Assembly: GCA_013265495.1 (NCBI GenBank)
Contig: MU058836.1
Location: 372,001 to 436,000, forward strand
Reading direction: 5' to 3'
From: Vicugna vicugna
Taxonomy: Eukaryota
DNA length: 64,000 nucleotides
Positions 39,526-51,220 of the stretch are shown piece after piece. Both the position numbers and the translations under genes were made by a program. The notes beneath the pieces were generated by a model. It was given only the letters and a program-made list of their open reading frames with translations. It did no database searches and was not told where the DNA came from. Position 1 is the stretch's first letter; each line of letters starts with the position of its first letter.

Positions 39526-41685
39526 TGTTGACACATGGGAGCTGATGTGGGCTCAGCTGAAAATGATTTTTCTTTTAAATGAAGGCAGAGAGCTCCAGGT
39601 CAATGATTCCCTCTTCACCTGTCTGGATGGGTGATGTAATGGACCTTGGCAATGACAGGATGCTTCTAAGCCAGACTTGACCTCATTGAGTCTCAGATTT
39701 CCCACCTTATCTCAGTTGTGGGATGAGGTGGTCATGCCTGGTGTCCCATGTGTCTCCAGAGGGTAGTGGATTATATTGCTTCTAATATTTCCTAGAGGGA
39801 CATTTAAGATGCGTCTGTTTTGAGGTATAAGATAAAATGCACAGTCCCTGGAGGGCAGTCTTTTTCTTCCATGGGCTCCATGGAACTAAACTGCACGTTA
39901 GATGGAATGGTCAGTCAATGGGGTCAACTGATTGATTCAAGTTTGTGTTCAAATACGTATTCCAGCTACACCTTGCTTTCTCAAATCACATGGGATGCAC
40001 CTGCTCCTGTCTGAAGTTCACGGTGAGAGTGAGCAAAGCATTGACATTTGGTCCATTTGCTAATAGGTAGTTAGTGTTCTGTGGTGAGTCTTGGCTGTGC
40101 CGCTTTTGTTAACGTGCCCACGTTATTATGTGGACACGTATTAAGTATTTAAACACCAGAGCGATCACACACCCACTCGTTCCCTAAAATGTGGGCTGAC
40201 TTGTTGGACCTGGGGATCTGTCTTAAGGGAGACTGTTGAGCTTGTTTACTTACTTCTCTGAAAGCACTCAAATGTTTAAAAATAATGTCCAGCTCATAAA
40301 ACCAACATACTGATAAAAAAAATACATATACAAACATTATAGAAGTTGGAATTAGAGAAAGTGAAAGTCCTTTCTCACCCCACCCTGGAAGAAGACTTCA
40401 CTGAGAAGGGTTTGAGGGGTGTGTCTTCTCGTGGTTTTCCTATATTTATATACTAACATATGATTATTACTACCATTATTATTTAACTAGCAACAGACTA
40501 TGCATTCTTATTGATTTTTTTTTCACTTATCTATACCTGTTAAGGAACGCTTCCCCCAGGAATTCCTTAAGGAGAAGCACAGAGTTTGTAATGCAGGCAC
40601 AGGAGCTGGATGCCTGGGCTGCTTAGCTTTGGAGACAAGGGAGCTTTGCCTACGCTATGCTGAACTTGACCGTCAGTGACCTCATTCTTCTGTGATATGT
40701 GGGTCTTCAAAGACTTTTTTTTTTTTTTGAGTAATTCTATAGAAATAAACTGTTTGGAGGCCAGTTAGTTCTTTTCAATCCTGACATTTCTCATCCCTCC
40801 AATATATACCAGCCTTCTAGACTACAGCAATATTTGATGAGTGAAAGTGGTATTTTGTAAGGACATTCTTCTGTGTCTGAACTTTCATTGCCAGAGGCAG
40901 GGACAGTGTAAGGAGCATCATAATGTGCACAAGGAGATGAGAAAAGGAGGATGAAGGTAGAAGTGTGTCATTAAGTTCCAGAATCCCACATCGGCCAGGA
41001 AGTCTTAAGACATGGACAGCATTGAGATTAGGAAGGAGACGACCTATGCTTGAGATGACCTGGACCTGAGAATACAGAGAGAACTAGGTCAGCAGAAAGA
41101 TCCTGCTGGTCTACCTTGGAGTAGCCTCCAGCCGCAGGTCAAGCTTCTAACTCATGGCCATGTGGGACTAAGGCCAAAGCTTTTCTCTAGTTCTGACCCT
41201 CAGCTCCTCCACTAACATTCCCTGCCCCGACCCCCGCCATGCACATGCAGGTGCGCACACACACACACACACACATGCACACACACAGGCACATTCAGTC
41301 CATCAGTTCAGTGATTCCTTATTTCCTAGCTACTGAGACATGCTTTTCCCCACCATTTGTACATTTCTCAAAAAGGATGCATGTTACAATCAAAGTTTAT
41401 ATTTAGTGTGCATGGGGTTTTTTTTTCCCTTGAAAATCTATATTAAAGTATATCTTATAATAAATCTGTTTTCAGGCGGAGAAAGACGAGTGTGTGGTTT
41501 CCAGATACTGGCCAGAGCTGAGGTTGAATCACACAAAAGTCCCTGCTGTCAAGGAATTCACACTCTAGTGTGAAGAGACAGGCAGTTAGGCAGATAGTGC
41601 TTGTGAAAAAGGCCTGAGAGCTTCAGGAACACCTAGGAAGGGTCTCAACCCAGCCCTGGGGTGTCAGGCAGGGTTTTCTGGAGAA

Positions 41686-41914
41686 AGTAGTTCTCAGCGG
41701 GGGATGAATTTTTTCCCCTAATGTCTCCAGTGAGACCAGTGGAAACACTCTGGTTATCACCACTGGAGGTAATGAAGTGAATGGAGAGAGATGCTACTGG
41801 CATCTTTGGGTACCGGCCTGGGATGCTGCCAGACATCCCATAGTGCCCAGGACAGCCCTCCCACAGCAGTTACCTGGCCCCAGAGGTCAGTGGTACGGAG
41901 ATTGAGAAGCTCTG
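41686..41914 (+). mobile_element. MER20 (hAT-Charlie MITE), within an L2 remnant
   Basis: AGTAGTTCTCAGCGGGGG...GATGCTACTGGCATCT...GGGATGCTGC...CAGGACAGCCC...TTGAGAAGCTCTG follows the MER20 consensus. Confidence 0.85.
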
Positions 41915-42249
41915 GTCTAAACTGAGACTGAAGGCTGAATGCAGGTTGGTGGTTCTGGGAAAAGGGGTCCCGTCCCACTGGAGAGAATCATAGGGAAGAA
42001 TCCAGGGAAGAGAGTTATTTAAAGGAGAAAATGGGCTGTGGTGGAGAGTGGTGCAGAAGTCATGGTTAAGTTGATTAAGGAGTAAAAGTTTTCTTTCATG
42101 GGTTCTAAGAAGGTCATTCCTGACCATGGTTTGTTTTAGCAGAATGGTAGTTACAAATGCCAGATGTTGAGGACTGAAGGAGAAGTAAGGAGCCTAAAAG
42201 CAGCTTGTCTGTGAAAAGGGGGAATTAATGGTAATTAGGGCAATTACAG

Positions 42250-42460
42250 TTAAGTCTTCCTGTACGCCAGATACCATGCCAAATGCTTGATGTTCGTTAC
42301 CCAGATTATTCCACGCGACAGCCTTATGAAATGTGGATTTCTTTGTATGGATGAGGAAATAGAGGCTTGGAAAATTTAAAAAATTATCAAGAATTCATAT
42401 AGCTCATAAGGCACAGAGTTGAGATTCAACCCTAGGTGGCTTTTGACTGTACCTATATTG
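42250..42460 (-). mobile_element. MIR
   Basis: GATGAGGAAATAGAGGCTTGG...GAGATTCAACCCTAGG. Confidence 0.65.
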
Positions 42461-42499
42461 TTTTCCCAGGGGAGAAGGTAGGCCAGGGGGACATGAAGT

Positions 42500-42535
42500 G
42501 CGTGTGTGTGTGTGTGTGTGTGTGGGTGTGTGTGT
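42500..42535. repeat. (TG)n microsatellite
   Basis: Read directly; similar CA/TG runs at ~10294, ~41256 and ~54256. Confidence 0.9.
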
Positions 42536-43469
42536 TGGGGGGGGTGTTTCCTCCCTGATGGGAGAGTTTAGGATGGGAATGACTTAGCTACTAGTCAGAG
42601 AGAAGTTGAAAATGCAGGCCAGGTGGGCTGCCAGCTGGGCTCCCAGGTGAGACAGGAGAGGACTGAGCAAGAGCCCAAGTCTTAGAGCAGAGGGAATGGA
42701 TGGAGCGTGCCTTCCACTCTGGGCAAGAGAAGAGGGAAAGGATGGGAACCCACAGGGCTGAGGAAGGGAAGGGCAGACAGAAGATGGAGCCCTCTTTTCA
42801 GTTAGATGCAGGGAAGAATGGAAGACAGGTAGACATCAGATTACTGGGTAGACTCGAAACCGTGAATTTGCAGGGCTACCAACCTAAGAGTAGAGGGAGA
42901 ACACTAATTTAGACAGATCCAAGGCTGAGATTTTTCCTAATGGTTATGAGGGAAAGACAATGGGTTGGGCTTCTTAAATTGGTTTTTAGGAGTCCCTTCC
43001 CTCCATTTTCCCTCCACTTGCTAAAATTTCTTTAGGGAGGTGATAGAGTTTATAGCTCTTCTTTTCACAGAACTAAAAGACTTCTCAAGGCATAGGTAGA
43101 ACAACTTGTTGCTCGAGAATTGATTATATGTGAATATAATCAATTAAAAATTACCTTCATAACCTTAAGGCTGGAGTTCCTAAAATCGCTGGATAGAGAT
43201 CATCTGAGATTTTTAACTTAAGAAGGTATCAAAGAGTCTCAGATAGGTTGGGAAAAAGAATGCCAGAGTTGGCCCAAGAGTCAACATTCTTAGTAACCTG
43301 AAGTACAAGCCATTGATAAAAATACACCTTGCCAGATCACTTCATTGCCTCACATTTGATGATTGTGTTAAATGTTACAGTAATAAAGTCATGTTGAAGA
43401 AATTTTAAACCATTAAGCAGAATGTGGAAGTGTTCACCTGGGCCCACGCTCAGGTAACTTGCTTTTATA

Positions 43470-46400
43470 AGTTTTAGAGATTTTTATCTTCTCTTTTCCA
43501 ATTATTTCTCTTACTTTATTTTCTTGTACAAATGCATAGGCTAAGATTTCCACAGTGTTAAATAACAGTGGAGAACCTTGTCTGGTTTTTGACTTGAATT
43601 TTTATAATCTTATCATTAAATGTAATGTTGAGTTTTATATATGTATATATAGATGTATCTTATTCAAACAGTTTTATTAGAAATGGTTCTGGTATTTCAT
43701 CAGATGCTATGCAGCTTCTCTGAACTGATCAAATTACTTTTTTCTCCTTTGATTTCCTAATATAGTGTAGATTTCCTTTTATAAGTACTGCCTTCCTGCA
43801 ATGAACCTCACTTGATCATAGAATGATATCCCTTTAATGTGCACCTGGACTTTATTGTGAATTTTTGCCTCAATGTTTGTAAGTGCATTGGTCTGCTTTT
43901 ATTATTATTATATATTGTTTGGGGATAAGCTTTGATATCTATGTTACACTACAATGTATTTGAAAATACATTGTTGAAACTCTTAGGCTTTAGACTTTGG
44001 ACCACTTTCAAAAGCATCCGATGTACTGAGTTTTTGAAGACTTCTGTACTGAGTCTTCTTTGAATGGGTTGACTCTTTTCTTGGATTAATTTTGGTAATA
44101 CATGTGTTTCTAAACAATCGTCTATGAATTTAGGTTTACAAATATTACTGTGAGTTGTACATAGTAATTTTGAAATCATTTTATTTTTCTTTACATTTTT
44201 AGATATTTTCTGCTTATTTTTAATTTTTTTTATTTTTGTGTTTTGCCATTCCCCTCTTTTTTCTTTTTTTTTCTATTTAATTTTGCACAGAATTATATTT
44301 AACAAAATAAGTAGTTACTTGGTCAGTTTTATTGTTTTTTGATTATTTGATTCCTGATTTTCAATCTTAACTCCTTTCCACTTTTCTTCCTTTTTCTTCT
44401 TACTTGAGTTAGGTGTTTTAATTCATTTAGTATTATTGTTTCTTGATTTATAAGAAGTATTTCTTGATTTATAATTTTCATAGCTTTGAAATTTCCTCCA
44501 AGTACAGCTTTTACCAAATTCCACATTTTACATACATAACATTTTCAAAGTCCCACTTTGCAGTTAAGTGTTTGTTTCAGGTTATCCCAGAACTTGTTTA
44601 GAAAAATGTTTAAAAATTTTTTTTCCAAGTGTTTGGAATTTTTTGTTTCCTTTTTCCCCTTAGTTTTGTGGCAGTGTAAATAAAAATGATAGACTTTTTT
44701 TGTTTTTCTATTTGTGGTTTATTATCTCTTAATTCTGGCATTATAGATGCTTGTAAACCTCCATGGGCATTTGAAAACCTTTGTAAATGTCCCACACTTG
44801 CTTGAAATGAAAATGTGTTTTCTACTTCCAGGATGTAGAATTTGAAATGTGTCTCAACTCAATTCTGTTCTGTTAATTCTATCCTTAGTTATCTTTCTCC
44901 ATGCAACATATTAAGTGCTTATGTCTATTTCTTCTTGCATTGCCTTTTTTACTTCTTTATCTATTTAGTGCTGTTGCAGGGATCATAAATATTCATGATC
45001 ACTCTTCATTGTGGATTGTACTTTTTTGCATTGTTAAGTCTTCATCTTTAAACTTTTAAAATTGAAATTTATTTTCCTTCACATCTGTGGTTATTTTCTA
45101 TTTCTGCTTTTACAAAAGTTTAAGGATAAACTTACAAGCTTTCTTATCTTGAATTTAACCATGAATAATATTTATCAAGATCCCTACTTTTCTTGATACA
45201 CTTTTAACCATCTTATTACATTCAAGCTTGTATCATTTTGCTGTATGTGTGTCTCTTGTAGAAAAAAAATGCAATTAGAATTTGTTTTCGAATCTACTCT
45301 GAGGATATTTTCCATGGGAGGAATTGTCCAATTTACATTTATTGATTTAACATACGTGCTTGATTAATTTCTTGTACATTCTTGTTTATTTCTGTGCACT
45401 TTCCTTTGTTTTCTGTCTTTTACTACGTGGTCTGTGTTTCCTTTGATCAAAAAAAATTAAAGGCTATAAAGTCTATTTTTATTTTTATTACGAATTAAAT
45501 TTTTAACTTTAATGCGCTTTAATACCTCTATTTAGTAACTTCAGAAGGAAGTATTATCGAGTATTTATGTCCTCTGAGGATTTTCTCCCACTTACATGCC
45601 TCTTCACCCCCACCTTTATTTTTGTTATGCTTGAGGATTTTTCCCAATTCTATATAAGTTTATTGTTATTATATGGAATAATCTACTGTTATTATAATTA
45701 TTCCCTTTAAGGGACTGTAATTATGTTTTGCAGTTAGTATAAACGAATCAGTCTTCCTTCTAAATGTGAGTGGATTCAGTGTTCATGTCCTCTGTTTACC
45801 TCTAAATTCCCCATTCTTTTTTTTCTCTTCTTCTTTTTATGGTGAGGGGAGGTGATTAGGTTTGTTTATTTATTTATTGTTTAGGGGAGGTGCTGGGGAT
45901 TGAATCCAGGACCTCATGCATGCTAAGCATGTGCTCTACCACTTGAGCTACACCTTCCCCCCTAAATTCCCCATTATTGAGATCTCGATTTTGAACCTTC
46001 TCTTGGTTGGATGTATTGCATCACTGAATACATTTTGGAGGAGAGTCAGTAAATGCCGCATTCCCTGACTATGCTTATTGAAAAACGTGTTGTCATTACT
46101 GTGAGACATGGTTGCAAATTTGGTTGGGAAGTGAATACTCTGATCTTGCTCTTGTTCCCAAACCTCTGTAGACATCTCTTCACTGTTTTCTATCCTTGGA
46201 TGTTGCTGTGAAGAAGTCTGAGGCTGACTTTTCCCCTCCAGTTGACTAATTTTTAAGTTTCTTGATTTTATAGCATTCAGTGTTTACCCATGAATTCTAT
46301 AACTTTACCAAGATGTCTCAGTTTTGATGATTCTCTGTTCCTTTTTCCTGGTACACAGAGATATTCCTTTATTTCAAGGAAGTCATTTTCCATCACGGAT

Positions 46401-46900
46401 TTGAGCGTATTTTGTTTTACTATCTACTTCTAATTTCTTTTATCTCTGTGTTGGATCTCTGTTTTCAAACCCTCTTATCTGTCATCTTTTCTACTTGCTT
46501 TCATCTTCTTGTCCTTTTCCTCTGCATTTTGTGCAGGTTTTTGAAGACTTTTCCACATCATCAGCTTTGTTTTTGGTTTGTGGATTTTACCTCTTATTAC
46601 TTTAACATATTTATTGGTTCTGCCGTGATATTATTTTTGTTGTCAGTTTCTTTCTTCAACTGCCAGCTTCTCTTTTATCTCAGTCTGATGTCTTATCATC
46701 TTATCTTTGATCTCTTCTTTTATAGTATCTGTTAATTGTTGTACAGAATTTTCTTCTGTGCCCTGTTCTTTCAAAATAGATTGTTCATTGGTCTTTTCCA
46801 TGCTATGTTTCTTTCTGTCACTTTTTTTTTTTGGCTTCAGTTCATTTTTTTCTAATGTACTTATCTTCAATTAGAACATCACTCTCAGAATTTTCCCTTG
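43470..46900 (-). mobile_element. Ancient degraded LINE-1 (L1M-type) with ORF1/ORF2 remnants
   Basis: T-rich + strand. Minus-strand peptides WNLVKAVLGGNFKAM (cf. ORF2 WDAAKAVLRGKFIA) and KFIDDCLETHVLPKLIQE (cf. ORF2 MDKFLERHKLPKLTQE), plus an ORF1-like charged segment near 46650-46870. Confidence 0.8.
45816..45961 (-). mobile_element. Vic-1-like SINE nested in the old L1
   Basis: Perfect 14-bp TSD CTAAATTCCCCATT at 45802-45815 and 45962-45975; A and B boxes on the minus strand. Confidence 0.92.
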
Positions 46901-47894
46901 GCCCCCAAGTAACAAGAGTAGTAATAATAACTCTTGAAATCTCCTGCTTAATTCTTCTTTCGAACCTGGGTTTGGGTCTTGATGGTTTGTCTTTCTTCTG
47001 TGGCCTCCAACAATCTACACGGGTCCTGGTTCAGTGCCTAGGTGTAGGACATAGTTGATGAATATTATCTCTGAACTCTGTGATTCTAAGTTTCAATCTA
47101 AATTTTAAGTCCTGTTTTTGATTTGAGAGTCCCATAGATCTGCTGGTTTGGTGTGGCCAAACCTTTTTTTTTTTTTTCTTTGTTTATATTTTCCTCTGTC
47201 TTTCAGCCAAGCCTTTGCTCACAGTTTGAGACAATCAGCCGCCGTTTTTTCTGCAGGTCCCTTGGTTAGTTTATATCCTTGGAAGCACATATCCTTCTTT
47301 TGGGGATTTCTGAATACATTTATGTTTTCAGATATTGATTCGTACAGTGGACTTAACTGTTCGCTGCAGTTAATAACCACTCCAAGTTTGGAGGTATTTT
47401 CTAACAAGAGTTTTGTTTATCACCAAAGCCTGCTGTCATGGAAGAGTCTAGGGTCCTGAGGATTTAGCTAACTCTTAGTATTTTCTGGATGAAATACTCC
47501 AGTTCTTTCCTTTGTGGACTTCTCACTTTAGAAATATCAAGGACACCATGTCATGAATTGTTCTGAAATCATTAAGGAAGATGACTGTCAGTAACGGCAT
47601 TGGATTGGCCACAATATTCACTCTTTCACAGATATTAACTCTGTCTTTTATGAGTGTGCTCTTATTAGCTTCTAGGGCTGGATCCTGCAACTTAGTATTT
47701 TCGCATTAATTGCTAAATAAGAAGTGAGATATTTGCAAACATTAGTCCTCTCCTAGGCTCTTTAAAGACTGCATAGCTATTATCATATTCATTCAATCAA
47801 CAGTGCTGCTAAGTAGGGTTCCCAGAGCGAGGGAGAAGGTGACTCAGCTTCCTTGCTGTGGTGGTCTCAGGGACTGGAAAGGAGAATTGAGCTT

Positions 47895-48080
47895 GCTCTG
47901 ACAACCTGAGTGGGCATCACTCTCATCCTGAGGACTTGTTAAAATATAGATTGCTGGGCCCCACCCCCAGTGTTTCTGACTCCCTTGGTCTGGAGTGGAA
48001 CGTGAGAAACTGTATCCCTAATGAGTTCTTGGGTGATGCTTATGCTGCTGGTCCAGGGATCCCTCTTTGAGAATCATTTT
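47895..48080. mobile_element. MER5A-like hAT MITE
   Basis: CTTGTTAAAATATAGATTGCTGGGCCCCACCCCCAG...GGTGATGCTTATGCTGCTGGTCCAGGGA...TTTGAGAA. Confidence 0.8.
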
Positions 48081-48364
48081 CTTAAAGGGTGGGAATTACG
48101 TGGGTCTTCAGGATGTAGGTTAGAAGTATTCTACAGGGAGAAGAATGTGGACAAACACAGGGATCTCAGCATCTTCCATTCTTTTCCCTATGATAAGGGA
48201 CGCTTTCCTAACAGACCCTTATGGAGAATGTTAAAAATGTTAAAGATGATTGCTAGCTTTTGAAATTTTTAGCTTTTCACATCCAACAGATGGATACAGA
48301 TATCTGCTAGGCATATAGACAAATAAGGGATAAGTAAATATACATATAAAGAAATATATTAGCA

Positions 48365-48480
48365 GGGGATTGGGATAGAGCTCAGAGGCAGAGCACATGC
48401 TTAGCATGCACGAGGTCCTGGGTTCAGTCCCCAGTACCTCCATTAAAATAAACAAACAAAATAAATTTTAAAAATGAAAT
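48365..48480 (+). mobile_element. Vic-1-like SINE, short-tail form
   Basis: GAGCTCAGAGGCAGAGCACATGCTTAGCATGCACGAGGTCCTGGGTTCAGTCCCCAGTACCTCC plus A-rich tail; TSD-like aaatat(a/g)ttag. Confidence 0.9.
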
Positions 48481-50555
48481 AAATATGTTAGTAAATGTGG
48501 TAAAATATTCCAAGTTGTGGTTGGTTTCAGAACACAGTATGTGATTTGAAGTGAAATCCGGTGTCAACAATATTCTAGAATTATTGACCGGAGTCGCTTA
48601 CTAGCTGTGCCCCAAGGAGACGGCTTCCTTGCCAGGCGTTTGTAGGACTGACTGCTCGTCTCCTTCCGTTTTAAATGAACTGACCCGGATATTTCCAGAT
48701 CCCCCTAAGGCTCATTCAGCCAGCCTCTTCCACGACTTTGTTGGCAGTGCACATTTTCCAGAAGAAACAAGACGATGTTTCTCCTGGGGTAGATTTGGCG
48801 GGCATACAGCTACTCCATAACCTTGTTCTGATGCCATGAGGTTGGAGTCTGAAGAAAGATAATACAATGTTATAGCTCTTGTTCGTCTGTGTATACCTTT
48901 GTCAGCAACTTTCCATCTTCCAAATGTGTTTGCAAAGCACGTGCACCGCCTTGCGTGCCTAAGAAGATCTTTGAACAGTCAAACTGCAGACGATTGGATT
49001 TTGCACCTTTTCAGTTAATCTCTTGAGTGTAGAATTCAGAGCAGAGGAGACACTGGGGGTTATTCTGGAATCTGCATCCTCAGTGAAGACAGACTCTTGT
49101 TAGTGAGAATATATGGGGCATGGACTCTTAAGTGTGAATAGCTATTAATGAGCTGAATAACATTTATAGAGGGTTTTTACTGCTGATTTCCCTTCTCAAA
49201 TTATGGAATTCAACAGATTTTTTTTTCTGGCTTCAGAGAGTATGTTCCAGGAGTATGGGCAGGTTATTTTTCCTGAAGCCTTCGGTTTCTCTCTCTGAGG
49301 ATGAAGATGTTGGACCGTGTTGGACAACGTGGTCTTTGAGTGGGACGTTTTGAGTCTCTACATAGTTAACTTTTAGGAGTGAATTCTTCTGTTTGACTTA
49401 AGGAAGGCACAAATAATACTGTTTCAATATTTTTCAGGGAAGCAAAGGGGAGACAAGTCTGCTCCTACCTAATTGTGTTGTACTTCCCTCTACTGAAAAG
49501 GTTTATACGGTTTTGAGCTTTAGGGGAGAGTTGTTCCTCAGGCTTTCCAGAATCTTTGCAAATAAGAATTGAAAGGTTTTTTTGTGTGTGTGTGGAGGGA
49601 AAGCAACCAGATAGTCTCAAATGTAGCCCCACGTGATGATTCCAGGTGTCACGTCAGTTCAGGGCAGCTTAGCAGTGTTCTAAGTACGAGGTGGAATGAT
49701 GCAGCAAGTCCCTTCCTCTTGGATGGTGAGGAAAAGGGATGGCCACTTACTCAGATATCAAGGACGAGTGGGGACTTGGAGTTCTTAGTATCCCAGTAGC
49801 CAGCCCATCACTGTGCTGTGTCTTCGCTAGTTGAAGTGGACGTGGTGTCACATAGGGAATGCTAAGTTTTGTTCTGTTCTGTTTTTCTGTTCATGAAGGA
49901 TTCTGGCTTTGCTTAGGTTCCTAAATTGGTTTGAGTTGGTACTACAGATTAATTTTCTCCTGGAAAGCAGCCATGTGTACACTCCTTGGTACCACACATC
50001 TCATTGGAGCTAGACCTGTGCTGGGCCCTGGGGATAGAAAAACCAGAAGGAATACAGTACTCATCCCCTGAAGAGTGATTTTTGAGGAGCCTGGGGCCCC
50101 ATCAGTTTGAGAGAAGATCATTTTCTATGTTGGGGAGGAGAAAATGTGCATCATGTTTTTTCACAGAAATTTGAGTTGGTGGCCATGTGCTAACTTCAGG
50201 ACTTGACCGTTGTTACTGACATTGACCTCTTACCCACAAAGCCCACCGGATTATCATCAGTGCCAGGGGCTCATCACTAAAGAAAGGCGGACCAGTTACA
50301 TGCCTTAATCTTGGATTTTTTGTGACAAATTTTTAGTAAAATATCTCAATCAGAAAAATAAAACTAAAAACTTATGCTGTCATATGACAGGAAGGCTACT
50401 AAAATCATTTTGAGCCGTAGAGTCATAGTCTTTGAGCTGGAAGAGAACTTACTGATCATCTAGTCCAGAGATTCCCCAGCCAGGACCACATGAAAAGCTT
50501 ATAAAGGGAGGTGGCTCATATGCAGAGACTGGAAATACCTAGAGACCATTTGTGA

Positions 50556-50767
50556 CAGGGTTTTCAACCTCGGCATTATCGCCATTTTGGACCAGATCAT
50601 TCTTTGTTGTGGAGGCTGTGGATTTTTAGCAGCATTCTTGGCCTCTGCCCATTAGATGCCAATAGCACCACCCTACGCCTGCCTCCAGTTGTGAGAACCA
50701 AAAATGTCTCCAGAATCCCTGGGGTTGGGGATGATGGGGGCAGAATTGCCCCTGGTTGAGACCACTG
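50556..50767 (-). mobile_element. MER20
   Basis: CAGGGTTTTCAACCTCGGCA...TAGATGCCAATAGCAC...CCAAAAATGTCTCCAGA...GGTTGAGACCACTG, the reverse MER20 consensus with TIRs. Confidence 0.85.
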
Positions 50768-50854
50768 CTCTATGACAATGTAGGGTTACTAGGAGAATCT
50801 TAACTCTCTTGACCAGTCTATTTATGTTTGATTGGAATCCTGTCATTCAGAACC

Positions 50855-51220
50855 TCTCATTCATTCATTCGTTTGTTCATTCATTCAGCACATCTGCTGA
50901 ATACCTGTTGTGTGAACTGTGCCCAGTGCTGAAGATACCAGTGTAAATAGACAGGCATGGGCTTGTTCTCAGGATGCTTATGTCCTGGCAAAGGGAGACA
51001 GACCACAGACAAACAGATGTCATGTCAAAAACGAGGGAACTTACAAGGCAGAGTAATGTGGTGAGTGGTCAGCGTTGTGGAGAGGCTGCTGGATTTCATG
51101 GGGTTGCGGAAAGTGGGCTAATAGATGGATTGTGAGAAAGCCCCTTGGAGGAGAGAACTTTTGAGCCCAGACTTGCATGAGGAGGATTCAGCCATCCCAA
51201 ACTGGGCCATTATTTGTCTC
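50855..51220 (-). mobile_element. L2 3' end fragment
   Basis: (TTCA)n tail TCATTCATTCATTC...CAGCACATCTGCTGAATACCTGTTGTGTG. Confidence 0.7.
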
